Below, one piece after another: positions 38,998 through 48,967 of a DNA stretch of 55,683 bases. The position numbers and the translations under genes are program-made. The stretch covers positions 1 through 55,683 of the forward strand of contig CAYSSF010000004.1 in NCBI GenBank assembly GCA_964433455.1, written 5' to 3'. Source of the stretch: an uncultured Syntrophaceae bacterium. Its GTDB lineage: Bacteria > Desulfobacterota > Syntrophia > Syntrophales > UBA5619. The notes below the pieces were generated by a model that saw only the letters and a list, made by a program, of their open reading frames with translations, made no database searches and was not told where the DNA came from. Every line of letters starts with the position of its first letter. The first letter of the stretch is position 1.

Positions 38998-41037
38998 TTA
39001 TACGCCCTTGTATTCAGGCTTTTTCCGGCCCAGCGAAGAGAGGCCCTCCAGCGCATCTGCGGTGGCAAAGATCTTACTCAGGTTGTTCAGCTCGATCTCG
39101 ATCCCCTCGTCCGGGGAGGCTTTCGCCTGTCGGTCAATGATCTGGTTGACCAGTTTCAGAGCCAGCGGCGCCTTGTTGCCCAGGGTTTTCAAAATTCGCG
39201 ACACAACTGCCTCATCCGTGCCCGGCGGGATTTTCCCCTCCAGGAGGATTGCGGTGTTTTCTGCGCCGAACAGGGTCTGCCAGAGGGTAAACCGGTCGGG
39301 AATCGGCCGCGGGCGATACTTGTCCGGCCTCTCTTCCGTGATCAGGTCCCGGATCGCCTCATCCACGGCGGAGGGGTCGACCAGACGGGTCACAATGCCG
39401 AGCGCTTGCGCATCCGCGGCGGTGATTGCGGCGCCGGTTAAGACGTAATACTTGGCGAGTTCCGGTCCCAGATGGCGTCCCAGCCGCAACATGCCGCCCA
39501 AGCCCGGGTAGATTCCGATCCCCGTTTCCGGGAAGGAGAGAGAGCCTGCCGGCGTGGCCACAATGGCCTGGCAGGCGAGGGCGAGTTCACTTCCGCCGCC
39601 CATCGAAAGGCCGTCCAGAAGGGCGATGGTCCGCTTCTTTGAATCTTCAATCCGCCGGAATAAACGATGGCCCTTTCGGGTAAAATCCACGATATCCGCA
39701 ATTTTCCCGGCCTTGATCTTTTCAACAAAGTAGCGGATATCCGCCCCGGCCACGAAGGCTTTTCCGGCGCCCTGAAAAACAATGGCCGAAACGCCGGGAT
39801 TCCGCTCCGCTTCAGAAAACCGTTCGGTCAACTGCTCCACGACGGTTTCATTCAACGCGTTCATCGCCTCCGGGCGGTTGATGGTAATCGTGGCAATGTC
39901 CTGATCGATGGCCAGGTTGACCAGCGTAAAGGCAAAGGGCCGGCCCGACCGACGTTGCGCTGTCAGGAGCCCCGGCATCCGGAAATCGGGATATCTATAA
40001 ACCACTTTCTCGACCAGGGCGAAGGTCTTTTCGATGCCCAACCGGTTCATGATCTCAAACGGCCCAAGCGTCCACCGCAGGCCGACCTTCGCTCCCCGGT
40101 CGGTATCCTCCATCGTGGCCACCCCTTCATCGACCAGCGCGGCGGCCACGCCGAGACAGACGCCATAAAGGCGATCCATCACGGCGTTGATCTTCTCTTC
40201 CTGCACATCGCCGGTAAGATCCCAGTTGGCCTTTTTCTCCATTTGCGACTTCATGATCCCGGCGGTCATGTAAAATGGGCCCAGTTCATTGCCCAGCGTG
40301 GCCGAGGCATGGACCGCGATCGGGATGCCGGTCACATTCATCAGTTCAAAAGGCCCCATGCCGATCCGGAAAGCCCTCTTCGCCGCCTCCTCGATGGTGG
40401 GGATGCCGGCCAGCCCTTCCTCCAGCATCCGGGCGGCTTCGTTCAGGAAAGGGACAAAAAAACGGTTGACCGCGAAACCGGGTGCGTCCTTCACCAGGAT
40501 GGCGGTCTTCCCATGCAGCTTGGCCGCCAGCAGCGCGCGGTCGATGGTTTGCGATGATGTTTTTCCGTGGGGGATGACCTCCAGCAGGCGGTTCTTGGCG
40601 GGATGATAAAAATAATGGAGCCCGATGACCCGGTCCGGTCTCGATGTTGCTTCGGCAAATTCACGGACATAGAAACTCGATGTGTTGGTGGCAAGGATGG
40701 TCTTCTCCATGCAGATGGCGTCCAGCTTTTTAAAGAGCTCGGTCTTGACCCCTTTGTCCTCAAAGACCGCTTCGATCACCAGATCGGCATCCGCCAGCGC
40801 CTGAAGGTCCGTGGTTCCGGTGATACGGGACATGATGCGGCCGATGTCGTCCGGATGGAAGATCTTCCTCTCCGCACCCTCCCGGAGCAGCCGCTCGATA
40901 TTGTCCATGCCTCGCTTGACCCATTCTTCCCCGGTATCCACCATGACGACATCGAGGCCTTCCTGGGCGATTTTCTGAGCAATGCCGCTGCCCATATTGC
41001 CGGCGCCGACAACGCCAATCTTACTGATTTTGCTCAT
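38998..41037 (-). CDS. 3-hydroxyacyl-CoA dehydrogenase / enoyl-CoA hydratase fusion
   Basis: GAGNMGSGIA, TNTSS, N-terminal HAD; C-terminal crotonase AFVAGADI, GGGSELA, FPE. Confidence 0.9.
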   Translation of the reverse strand: MSKISKIGVVGAGNMGSGIAQKIAQEGLDVVMVDTGEEWVKRGMDNIERLLREGAERKIFHPDDIGRIMSRITGTTDLQALADADLVIEAVFEDKGVKTELFKKLDAICMEKTILATNTSSFYVREFAEATSRPDRVIGLHYFYHPAKNRLLEVIPHGKTSSQTIDRALLAAKLHGKTAILVKDAPGFAVNRFFVPFLNEAARMLEEGLAGIPTIEEAAKRAFRIGMGPFELMNVTGIPIAVHASATLGNELGPFYMTAGIMKSQMEKKANWDLTGDVQEEKINAVMDRLYGVCLGVAAALVDEGVATMEDTDRGAKVGLRWTLGPFEIMNRLGIEKTFALVEKVVYRYPDFRMPGLLTAQRRSGRPFAFTLVNLAIDQDIATITINRPEAMNALNETVVEQLTERFSEAERNPGVSAIVFQGAGKAFVAGADIRYFVEKIKAGKIADIVDFTRKGHRLFRRIEDSKKRTIALLDGLSMGGGSELALACQAIVATPAGSLSFPETGIGIYPGLGGMLRLGRHLGPELAKYYVLTGAAITAADAQALGIVTRLVDPSAVDEAIRDLITEERPDKYRPRPIPDRFTLWQTLFGAENTAILLEGKIPPGTDEAVVSRILKTLGNKAPLALKLVNQIIDRQAKASPDEGIEIELNNLSKIFATADALEGLSSLGRKKPEYKGV

Positions 41038-41058
41038 CTGGCCTCCTTCGATCCGGAT

Positions 41059-41826
41059 CTATCTGTTTTTCCAGTCCGGTTTGCGTTTTTCGCAGAAGCT
41101 GTTGATCCCCTCCAGTGTGTCTTCCGTTTTCATCAGTCTGTTCAGGAACAGGTCCGTTACCCCCGCGAGGGCCTGTGGAAAGGCCATCCCGATATGCCTG
41201 GTAACGGCGCGTTTGTTGAGACGGAGAATGAGCGGGCTGCTCAGAAGGAGACTGCCTACGACGCCCTCCACGGCCGCGCCGAACGCTTCCTCTCCGGCCA
41301 CCTGGCTGATCAGCCCCATGGACTTGGCCTCGTCGGCGGAATAGATCCTGCCGGTTGCACAAATCTCGATGGCTTTGGCGGGCCCTACAAGTTGGGGAAG
41401 GCGTATGGCCGCGTAAGGAGGGAAAAAGCCAAGGCGGATTTCCGGCTGGCCAAAAGTGGCCTTGGACGAGGCAACGATGATATCGCAGGCAATGGCCAGT
41501 TCCATGCCGCCTCCCAGGCAGGGGCCATGCACCGCGGCAATCAACGGCATATCCATTTTTTCCATTATTTCAAAGATGCCGTTGAAGGCGCCCATCATCT
41601 CCGCAACCATTTCGGGACGATGTTCTCCCACATCGACGCCGGCGCACCAGCTTGGTCCCTCGCCTGCGAAGACCACGCACTTCAGATCTGCATCCGCCGC
41701 GAGGGATGAAAGGGCCGCATTGAGCTCCTTCATCATTTCGATGTTGAGCACGTTGTGTTTGGGACGGGCCAGCGTAATCCGCGCCAGCCCTTTTTCCTGA
41801 TCCGTTTTGATGTGCTGAAACGACAT
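41059..41826 (-). CDS. dch: Cyclohexa-1,5-diene-1-carbonyl-CoA hydratase (Dch/BamR)
   Basis: Crotonase fold, RPKHNVL, GVDVGEH, CLGGGMEL, GQPEI; located between oah and had. Confidence 0.75.
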   Translation of the reverse strand: MSFQHIKTDQEKGLARITLARPKHNVLNIEMMKELNAALSSLAADADLKCVVFAGEGPSWCAGVDVGEHRPEMVAEMMGAFNGIFEIMEKMDMPLIAAVHGPCLGGGMELAIACDIIVASSKATFGQPEIRLGFFPPYAAIRLPQLVGPAKAIEICATGRIYSADEAKSMGLISQVAGEEAFGAAVEGVVGSLLLSSPLILRLNKRAVTRHIGMAFPQALAGVTDLFLNRLMKTEDTLEGINSFCEKRKPDWKNR

Positions 41827-41847
41827 GTTTCTCCCTCTCCTTTTGGA

Positions 41848-41889
41848 GGTCAGGTCTTGGGACTTGAATTCAAATCCCAAGACCTGACC
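41848..41889. repeat. REP-like palindrome GGTCAGGTCTTGGGA...TCCCAAGACCTGACC
   Basis: Perfect 15-bp inverted repeat between oah and dch. Confidence 0.7.
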
Positions 41890-41904
41890 CTTTTTACTCT
41901 TTTC

Positions 41905-43041
41905 CTATTCCTTCTTGGGGCCGGGCAGTACGGCGGCCATAAAATCCGTATCAAATGCCGCTCCACTTGCCTGAAGGCGGCGATACTCGATAAAATCGAT
42001 GGTATCCTTGCCGGTGATTTTTTTCGTGTTAAATGCGGTGAAGCCCAGATTCGCCTCTGTGGCCATGTTGGCTGCCAGCCAGTGCCGGTTGATGACCTTG
42101 GTCTGGTCCCAGAAAAATTTCTTCTTCATGCGGACACCCTCTGTGCTCTTAATCAGGCAGCCGGGGAAGAGGTTCGTGAAAGTCCATAGTATTTTGTTGA
42201 CCTCGGCATCCACCAGGGCAAAGTCTATCGTTGCATTGTTGATGTATTCACGAGCCTTTTTCGCCTCTTCGCCGGTTTTGAACTCACCGTAAACGATCTC
42301 CCCGTCCTCCAGATAACTCTCCGTCACGACGCCGGGGTTGCGAATCCACTTTCCAACTTCCCGGATGACCGGCAGACACTTGGAAAGGAGACCCAGCCTC
42401 TTCATCTTGTAGGCGCTCCACAGCTCGCAGGAGATGCAGTTCCATATCGCCAGCTCCATCGGCAGCATCCACGGGAGGAAATCCGTGCTGCCGCCGTCCG
42501 GGGCGGAGCCATGGCGAGGACCGGCCTGGCCAAAAATCGCCAGATCGCTCGTGATCGTCAGATCACAGGCCATGCCGATCTCCTGCCCGCCCGCCACGCG
42601 CATGCCGTTTACCCGGCAGATGGTGGGCTTTTTGCAGCCGAGGATGCCATCCACCATCGCGATGAAGAGGTCCATGTAGAGGCCGTATTCATTGGGCCGG
42701 CCGGCATAGTATTCCGCGTATTCCTTGGTGTTCCCGCCGGTGCAGAAGGCCTTGTCGCCGACGGCCGTAAAGATGGCGGCCACTACCGTGCTGTCTGCGG
42801 AAGCCCTTTGAAATCCGGCAATAACACCCTTGACCATGCCTGTGGTGTAAGAGTTGAACTGTTTGGGATTGTTGAGAATAATCCATGCGGAATAGAGCCC
42901 GTCCACGACCTTCCCCTCCGGGTCCAGGATGGGTCTTTTTTCGTAAATGACGGACGGCGGCTCCGTTCCGAAGTGCTCCTCCCCCCAGAGGTAATGATTC
43001 TTCTCCTTCGATTCCCTGGGTATCCAACTGAGATCGGCCAT
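41905..43041 (-). CDS. oah: 6-oxocyclohex-1-ene-1-carbonyl-CoA hydrolase (Oah/BamA)
   Basis: LNNPKQFNSYTT, FCTGGNTKEYAEYY, NGMRVAGGQE, GQAGPRHGSAP, WLAANM. Confidence 0.95.
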   Translation of the reverse strand: MADLSWIPRESKEKNHYLWGEEHFGTEPPSVIYEKRPILDPEGKVVDGLYSAWIILNNPKQFNSYTTGMVKGVIAGFQRASADSTVVAAIFTAVGDKAFCTGGNTKEYAEYYAGRPNEYGLYMDLFIAMVDGILGCKKPTICRVNGMRVAGGQEIGMACDLTITSDLAIFGQAGPRHGSAPDGGSTDFLPWMLPMELAIWNCISCELWSAYKMKRLGLLSKCLPVIREVGKWIRNPGVVTESYLEDGEIVYGEFKTGEEAKKAREYINNATIDFALVDAEVNKILWTFTNLFPGCLIKSTEGVRMKKKFFWDQTKVINRHWLAANMATEANLGFTAFNTKKITGKDTIDFIEYRRLQASGAAFDTDFMAAVLPGPKKE

Positions 43042-43219
43042 AGGTCTCCTCCTTGATCAATAAAAAATGCCGCCGTTTTTTTGCTGACTGGAGCGACGGA
43101 AGCAATATAAACCGCGGTATTTCCAACCGGCGCCTCATCTGCTGCGAGCGAATCCGCGCAGTTGCCATTTCAGATGCCGGTAAGATACGAGAAACAAGAA
43201 TAACCACATCGATTGAGCT

Positions 43220-43247
43220 ATAATACAGCTATGCGACCTTTTGTCAA
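43220..43247 (-). promoter_or_regulatory. Sigma70 promoter of the oah operon with an overlapping palindromic operator
   Basis: TTGACA-16 nt-TATTAT; AGCT-N7-AGCT dyad across the -10. Confidence 0.65.
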
Positions 43248-43311
43248 GAAAAAACTCCGGGCTGAATAAACCCTTGCCATTCCCCGTCGGAACCCCTTTT
43301 TTAAAATCTCC

Positions 43312-43340
43312 TTGACATGCAGGATGGCATCTCCTATCCT
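43312..43340 (+). promoter_or_regulatory. Divergent sigma70 promoter for DUF2080-GNAT-gctAB
   Basis: TTGACA-17 nt-TATCCT. Confidence 0.55.
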
Positions 43341-43409
43341 CGTTGCGGTTAAAACAAAACAAGTGCATGGGACGCCAGTCTTGCATGCCAAACCCGGAAC
43401 CGAAACGCG

Positions 43410-43610
43410 ATGACTTCTCAAAAAAAAGAAAAAATTCCACGAGATTTGGCTTCCACGGAAGGGAAAGGTTACAAACCTTTCAGTGTCAAATTCGAGGTCT
43501 TTGGTGAGGAGATGATCGAAAAAGAGGTCAAACAAAGCGGCAACAGCGGCCGGGTCTATCTGCCCCCGGAATGGGTGGGCAAGCAGGTTAAAATTATCAG
43601 GATCGATTAA
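43410..43610 (+). CDS. Small DUF2080-family (AbrB/swapped-hairpin-like) protein
   Basis: EKEVKQSGNSGRVYLPPEWVGKQVKIIR. Confidence 0.75.
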   Translation: MTSQKKEKIPRDLASTEGKGYKPFSVKFEVFGEEMIEKEVKQSGNSGRVYLPPEWVGKQVKIIRID

Positions 43611-43612
43611 TC

Positions 43613-44071
43613 ATGGAAAACAAGGATCAGCAGGTCTTATTCAAAATAAGGAAATTGACGGCAAGAGATCTGCCCCAAGTGGTTGCCATTCAGGGGATTA
43701 TCATCCGCCAGGAAGTAACAGCTGAAAAAATCGCCGTCCTGAAGGAACATATCAAAAAAGAGGGGAATATCAGCCTGGTGGCGGTAGCGGATCAGAAGGT
43801 GGTCGGTTTTATGATCAGTGAACTGATGACCAACAGCTTCGGACTCGATCAGGGGGGCTGGATCAAGAATGTAGGGGTGCTGCCCCAGTACATGGGAAAA
43901 GGGATCGGCCAATCCCTGGCGAAACATCTTTTTGACGCTTACCGACGGAAGGGAATCAACGAAATTTTTACAGCCTCCCGATGGGATTGGGGAGATCTTC
44001 TCTCCTTCTTCAAGTCTCTCGGTTTTGATCGAGGCAATTTTATCAATTTATATAAAAAGTTAGATGATTAA
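43613..44071 (+). CDS. GNAT-family acetyltransferase
   Basis: VVGFM, VLPQYMGKGIG (motif A), FFKSLGF. Confidence 0.85.
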   Translation: MENKDQQVLFKIRKLTARDLPQVVAIQGIIIRQEVTAEKIAVLKEHIKKEGNISLVAVADQKVVGFMISELMTNSFGLDQGGWIKNVGVLPQYMGKGIGQSLAKHLFDAYRRKGINEIFTASRWDWGDLLSFFKSLGFDRGNFINLYKKLDD

Positions 44072-44083
44072 CAGGCGCCGCAG

Positions 44084-44998
44084 ATGTCCAAAATGATGAC
44101 CATGCGCGACGCCGTTGCGCGGTTTGTGCCGCACGGTTCCCGCGTGGTCATGGGCACTGCGCTGGAGTCGCTGATCCCGTTTGCTGCGGGGCACGAAATC
44201 ATTCGCCGGCAGGTGCGCGATTTGACCCTGGTCGGCCCTATTTCCGATATCCTCTTCGACCAACTGATCGGTGCGGGTTGTGTCCGGAAAGTGATCGCGG
44301 CGTGGGTTGGCAACGTGAGTGCGGGGCTGGGACATAACTATCGCCGGGCCTGCGAACAGGGCATTCCGCATCGACTTGAGGTGATCGACCACAGCAATTT
44401 CACCATTTCGCTTGCGCTGCTCGCGGGCGGGCTTGGGGCGCCCTACATCCCGACCTATTCGTTGCTTGGAACGGATATTCCGGGGACGAATCCGGCGTTC
44501 AGGCAATCTCTGTCGCCTTTCGGAGGCGAAAAAGTTCTGTTGGTCCCGTCGCTTCAACCCGACGTGGCCATCCTGCACGTTCAGCGTTCGGATGAGAACG
44601 GGAATGCGCATGCCTGGGGAAACCTGGGCATCAGCGAAGAGGCCGCGCTCGCAAGTCAACGCATCATCATCGTCGCGGAAGAAGTTGTTCCGCATCAAAT
44701 CATCGTCAGCGATCCCAATCGCGTACTTGCGCCAAGTTTCAAGGTATGCGCGGTCGTCTGCGAACCGGGCGGCGCGCATCCATCACCGGTGCAGGGGTAT
44801 TACAATCGCGATCATGAATATTACCACGACTATCATCGCGCAACGCGAACGGTGGAAGGGAATGACGAATGGCTGGGCCAATGGGTGGCCGGCGTAAAGG
44901 ACCGTGCAGCATATTTTCAGAAACTGGGCGAAGAGCGTTGGCAAGGCTTGCAGTTGAAGGAGCATCGCTATGCCGCGCCTGTGGATTATGGGTACTAA
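44084..44998 (+). CDS. gctA: Glutaconate CoA-transferase-like subunit A
   Basis: PFAAGHEIIR, DQLIGAG, LHVQRSD..GN, GAHPS..GYY.RD. Confidence 0.8.
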   Translation: MSKMMTMRDAVARFVPHGSRVVMGTALESLIPFAAGHEIIRRQVRDLTLVGPISDILFDQLIGAGCVRKVIAAWVGNVSAGLGHNYRRACEQGIPHRLEVIDHSNFTISLALLAGGLGAPYIPTYSLLGTDIPGTNPAFRQSLSPFGGEKVLLVPSLQPDVAILHVQRSDENGNAHAWGNLGISEEAALASQRIIIVAEEVVPHQIIVSDPNRVLAPSFKVCAVVCEPGGAHPSPVQGYYNRDHEYYHDYHRATRTVEGNDEWLGQWVAGVKDRAAYFQKLGEERWQGLQLKEHRYAAPVDYGY

Positions 44999-44999
44999 G

Positions 45000-45758
45000 A
45001 TGGATTATACCCCCCAGGAGATCATGGTGGCCGCCGCCGCGCGCGAGATCCGGGACGGTGAAATCGTTTTTACCGGAATGCGCTTGCCGTTGATTGCCTT
45101 TGCGCTTGCCAAGCAGATGCATGCGCCGAACGCCGTCGGCCTGTTCGAATGCGGCTTGGTGCGCGATACGCCGGCGCCTGAACTGCTTTACACGATGGGT
45201 GATCCGCCGAACATTGCCGGCGCGCTCTGGGCGACGCGGATGATCAACATGATGGGATTGCTCCAGCGGGGCGACGTCGATCTGGGATTTCTCGGCGGCG
45301 CGGAACTGGACCGCTTCGGCAACCTGAATACATCGTACCTGGGCAACCCGGAATCGCCAAAGACAAAACTGCCCGGGAGCGGAGGGGCGGCGGATATCGC
45401 CGGCCTGTCGAGGCGATTTGTCGTGATCATGGCTCATGAAAAGCGCCGCCTGGTCGAGCGCGTCGATTATATCACTTCGCCGGGCTTCGGTGACGGACAG
45501 GGGTGGCGCGAACGCGTCGGTCTGAGGCAGGGCGGCCCCAGCGCCATCATCACGACGCGGTGTGTGTTCGGTTTCGAATCATCCACCGGAGAGGCTGTGT
45601 TGCGATCATACCATCCGGGGCAATCCATCGCGTCGGTTCGCGCGGAGACGGGCTGGGATTTGCGCGTTGCAGAGGACGTGCGCGAAACAGAATCGCCGAC
45701 GGCAGCAGAATTGACGATCATCCGGCGCTACGACCCGCAGGGATTTTGGACGCGGTAA
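45000..45758 (+). CDS. gctB: Glutaconate CoA-transferase-like subunit B
   Basis: LFECG (catalytic Glu), GFLGGAELDRFGNLN, LPGSGGA, VDYITSPG, TGW. Confidence 0.8.
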   Translation: MDYTPQEIMVAAAAREIRDGEIVFTGMRLPLIAFALAKQMHAPNAVGLFECGLVRDTPAPELLYTMGDPPNIAGALWATRMINMMGLLQRGDVDLGFLGGAELDRFGNLNTSYLGNPESPKTKLPGSGGAADIAGLSRRFVVIMAHEKRRLVERVDYITSPGFGDGQGWRERVGLRQGGPSAIITTRCVFGFESSTGEAVLRSYHPGQSIASVRAETGWDLRVAEDVRETESPTAAELTIIRRYDPQGFWTR

Positions 45759-46046
45759 ATGCAGCAATGCCGGCATCATCTCTTCTTTCATCAGGCTTTT
45801 ACGTACTTCTCTCGTTCACCTGCCCTAATATGCCCTTGATTGTGCCGAGACAGCCCCTTATTTATGGTAGTCGTGATTCTTGTCTGATGCGTTTATGTAG
45901 CAGTATTCAACCCATACAGTTGAATCGCGATCACAGAAAATATGACATGCGCGAAACTTTGTGCCCACCTATGAGCCCTCAGGACTGATTACTGTGGGCA
46001 GACGAATATTCATCGTTGAAAGCAAGTACAGCAATTAAATAGAGAA

Positions 46047-46964
46047 TCAGTCGTTGGATTCATCTGATAGTTCTCGCACTCGCCCCGTGGCGCCGGGTTT
46101 CGGAGCGTCGAATTTTGCGGGCGGCTTTTTATGACTCAAATGCAGGGCTATCTTCATGTCGCCGCTCAGTTTTGATTCAAGCCGTTCCACAAATTTCTCT
46201 ACCGGCGGGATATCGTCATTCCTGCGAAAGGCGTCAAACAGGGCGTCCACAGTTGAGGAGAACATCCTTGTTGGAAGCAAATCAAGACGCTCGCCATTTT
46301 CTTTAAGATCATAAAGAGAAAATACGGAACAATGGCTTTTGTTATAGCCCATGTCAGTCAGTCGGAACTTTTTTTGAAAGTAATTGAATACCGGATCTTG
46401 AACTACCCACAATATCTTCTTCCCCCACTTTTCCATGATGATACCCTTGTTGAGGATCTGGGTGAACGTCCTTTTCCAGATATCATACATATTGATCCCA
46501 AACTGGTATGAAAAACCTTCCTGTAATCGGCGATCTTTCATAAAGGCTTTAAACCCTTCAACCAATTGGCCCGTGCTCGTTGTTTGACCTGTTTGAAACT
46601 CTACGGCAACGAAATCCTCCACATGGGTACTTAACGGTCTATGTTGAACCATCACGAAATCAAAATTTCCTATACCCGGCAAACCAACCTCGGAAAAAAC
46701 GAGAACATTGTCGCTTGTTCCAAACTGGGAGAGCGCAATATCATGGAAGACCTTGTTTTTCTCGAGAAAACGCCGGGGGCATAAGGCAATTTCCTGTCCA
46801 TCCACATGGGCAGTGCAGACGCCGAAGGGATAATCGATCAGCCGGCTCTGCTTGTAGCATGGTGATTCATGGAACGGACACCAGTATTTTCTCCGCATCT
46901 CTTCGGCTTCCAGAGAGATGTTCCGCAGATGACATCCGAAAATCTCTGAAGGGTATTTGGCCAT
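46047..46964 (-). CDS. NotI-family type II restriction endonuclease
   Basis: Four-Cys metal motif CPF..C.K..GVC..CPRRF; GNFDFV..VEFQT catalytic-like motif; KG..W. Confidence 0.8.
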   Translation of the reverse strand: MAKYPSEIFGCHLRNISLEAEEMRRKYWCPFHESPCYKQSRLIDYPFGVCTAHVDGQEIALCPRRFLEKNKVFHDIALSQFGTSDNVLVFSEVGLPGIGNFDFVMVQHRPLSTHVEDFVAVEFQTGQTTSTGQLVEGFKAFMKDRRLQEGFSYQFGINMYDIWKRTFTQILNKGIIMEKWGKKILWVVQDPVFNYFQKKFRLTDMGYNKSHCSVFSLYDLKENGERLDLLPTRMFSSTVDALFDAFRRNDDIPPVEKFVERLESKLSGDMKIALHLSHKKPPAKFDAPKPGATGRVRELSDESND

Positions 46965-48967
46965 TAGTCACCCCCGATGAATTCGTTCCATAAAAGGTGG
47001 ATATTTTCATGATCAAAATCTTGGTCCAGTATCCAGCCCAGGTATTGCGTACAACCGCGGCAGAAAGACGCACTGTCGTCCATCTGTATCCTTTCCGGCT
47101 TTTCCCAATGCCTTGTGCCATCGTCATCGCAAGGCTTAAGCACCAGAATCGCGTCGTGCTGAAGAGCGCGAAGGCTTCTGATGTGGACGGAAATTGGGTT
47201 CTCCGAGTGAACGACATAACCATTCATCAGCCGAAAGTGCGCACTAACAAGAGCAATGGTAAGCTGTGACCACGCAGCAGCGCGCCAGTGATGGTATGTA
47301 AAGATCAACCTGCCGTGTGGCTTGGCAAGAACGCGGTGGCATTCCTGCCAGATTTTAGCGAGGATATCACCAAATTTTGTTTCATTCTCCTTGGATTCGG
47401 CAACAGCGGACAGGAGGGGCTGGTATTGCCAGTTGGCTTGGTCCGGCAGAAACCAGCGGAGCCAGCAGCGGAAAAAATGCGACAGGTCGCTGTACTGGAC
47501 ATTATCAAAATAAGGGGGATCGGTGACAACGTAATCAATGGTTTGATCGGGTAAAGGAAGCTTTGAAGAATCATTTTGCCTGACCATGAAGGATCGCGTT
47601 TTCCCCGTGAATTCATTTAGAGTTTTGCATTCTTTACCCACATCCAACTCTCCGTCAATGATGACCTTCTCCCACCCGGCGCCAGACCAGTGCCGTTCGA
47701 CTGGCGCCTGTGCCCATATTCCGGCTTTTAAAATGCGCTTCTCAAATAAATTACGCAGTGTCCCGGACGTTTTGGACTTAAAGACAGGATTGTTCTCCAA
47801 TGCCGTGCAGGGAAAGGAATAGGCGTGATGGGAAAAAACGTGGCGTATGGCCCCCGGTCTTCTCTGATCAACGCCTTTGTATCCGCACAGCATGGAGTTA
47901 AATTCCAAAGATGTAGAGACGAGCAGAGACAGCCATAGCCGATGTTCGGGGGTTGCTTCGTCGATGCACCGTTTTACCTCGGACAGATAGAGGCGTTGAC
48001 GGTGAGAAAACAATTCGAAAAAATTCGTCACGCCACGGGCGATAAGATCACTTGATTTAGGACCTTGAGGAACTCTAAATCCATTTTGACTAGGAAAGGT
48101 CAGTCTGGATGCCTGCGATTCTGCTGCGGCGATTTTCTGAAGATCCCTGACATCAAGCGCCTTGAAGAATTGACCATGATGCTGGCATTTCCCAATCATG
48201 ACCAGCGGGACATAACGTTCCGCAAAGGGAATCTCAATAAGTTCTGAATGCTTAACGTTTATTCCTCTGTTTTTTGCTTCATCCTTATCCATCAATGGCC
48301 AAGTTCTGTTTGCGCGCGTAACTTCCAGGGAAGGATAAAGATCGAGGATGGTTTTCCTGTCTCCGTTCATTTCCGCTCGCAAGGTGAAAGAATCAAGAAA
48401 AATAGCTTCATCCTTGTCGATCTGTCTTCTGAGGCCATAAAGCAAAAATTGCATGTCGCTTTTTTCGGAACACTCAGGACATGATGTTTCAAAATAAAGA
48501 GATAGTTTCTGTTCCAGTTTTTCAAGAACGAGATCAAAGGCGGCCTGTTTTTCTTGGAGGCTGATCTCGGTTAACGAGGCGCGGGCCTGTAGAACAGGTA
48601 TCGGGTCCACATCATAACCAATCACATTGGCGCCGAGCCGGATGGCCTCATGAAGGGTCGTCGCGCCTCCCATCATTGGATCCAGGATAGTCATGCCTTC
48701 AAGGCCTCCCGGAGTATAGAAATCACGTAGCTCAGATTTAGCGGAGAGTTGCTTGAGTATATAGCGGAAAGTGACGCCGGAACGCCTGGCCCACCATTTA
48801 TGCAGATATGTATTGGGTCTAAAAAGGTGCTTGTTGTAAGATTCGGTATGGGCAAGTTTATCAGCCTCCTCTTCAGGGAAAAAAGAATCGATAGCTGCAT
48901 CTGCTTGCGGGGAGATGAATTTGCGTTCGACATTGTGGAAATTGAACATTAATTGCGTGCCGCCCAT
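46964..48967 (-). CDS. DUF1156-type amino (N6A/N4C) DNA methyltransferase with Zn-ribbon
   Basis: LHKWWARR, motif I DPMMGGATT, CPEC, motif IV TDPPY..YSDLS, FTYHH; stop overlaps the REase start. Confidence 0.85.
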   Translation of the reverse strand: MGGTQLMFNFHNVERKFISPQADAAIDSFFPEEEADKLAHTESYNKHLFRPNTYLHKWWARRSGVTFRYILKQLSAKSELRDFYTPGGLEGMTILDPMMGGATTLHEAIRLGANVIGYDVDPIPVLQARASLTEISLQEKQAAFDLVLEKLEQKLSLYFETSCPECSEKSDMQFLLYGLRRQIDKDEAIFLDSFTLRAEMNGDRKTILDLYPSLEVTRANRTWPLMDKDEAKNRGINVKHSELIEIPFAERYVPLVMIGKCQHHGQFFKALDVRDLQKIAAAESQASRLTFPSQNGFRVPQGPKSSDLIARGVTNFFELFSHRQRLYLSEVKRCIDEATPEHRLWLSLLVSTSLEFNSMLCGYKGVDQRRPGAIRHVFSHHAYSFPCTALENNPVFKSKTSGTLRNLFEKRILKAGIWAQAPVERHWSGAGWEKVIIDGELDVGKECKTLNEFTGKTRSFMVRQNDSSKLPLPDQTIDYVVTDPPYFDNVQYSDLSHFFRCWLRWFLPDQANWQYQPLLSAVAESKENETKFGDILAKIWQECHRVLAKPHGRLIFTYHHWRAAAWSQLTIALVSAHFRLMNGYVVHSENPISVHIRSLRALQHDAILVLKPCDDDGTRHWEKPERIQMDDSASFCRGCTQYLGWILDQDFDHENIHLLWNEFIGGD

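Noticed and set aside
43360-43395. Sigma54 promoter for oah
   Set aside because: GG-GC spacing does not fit N10; a good sigma70 promoter is present
45760-46046. Integron attC site or ncRNA downstream of the REase
   Set aside because: Short hairpins only; no RYYYAAC/GTTRRRY pair identified
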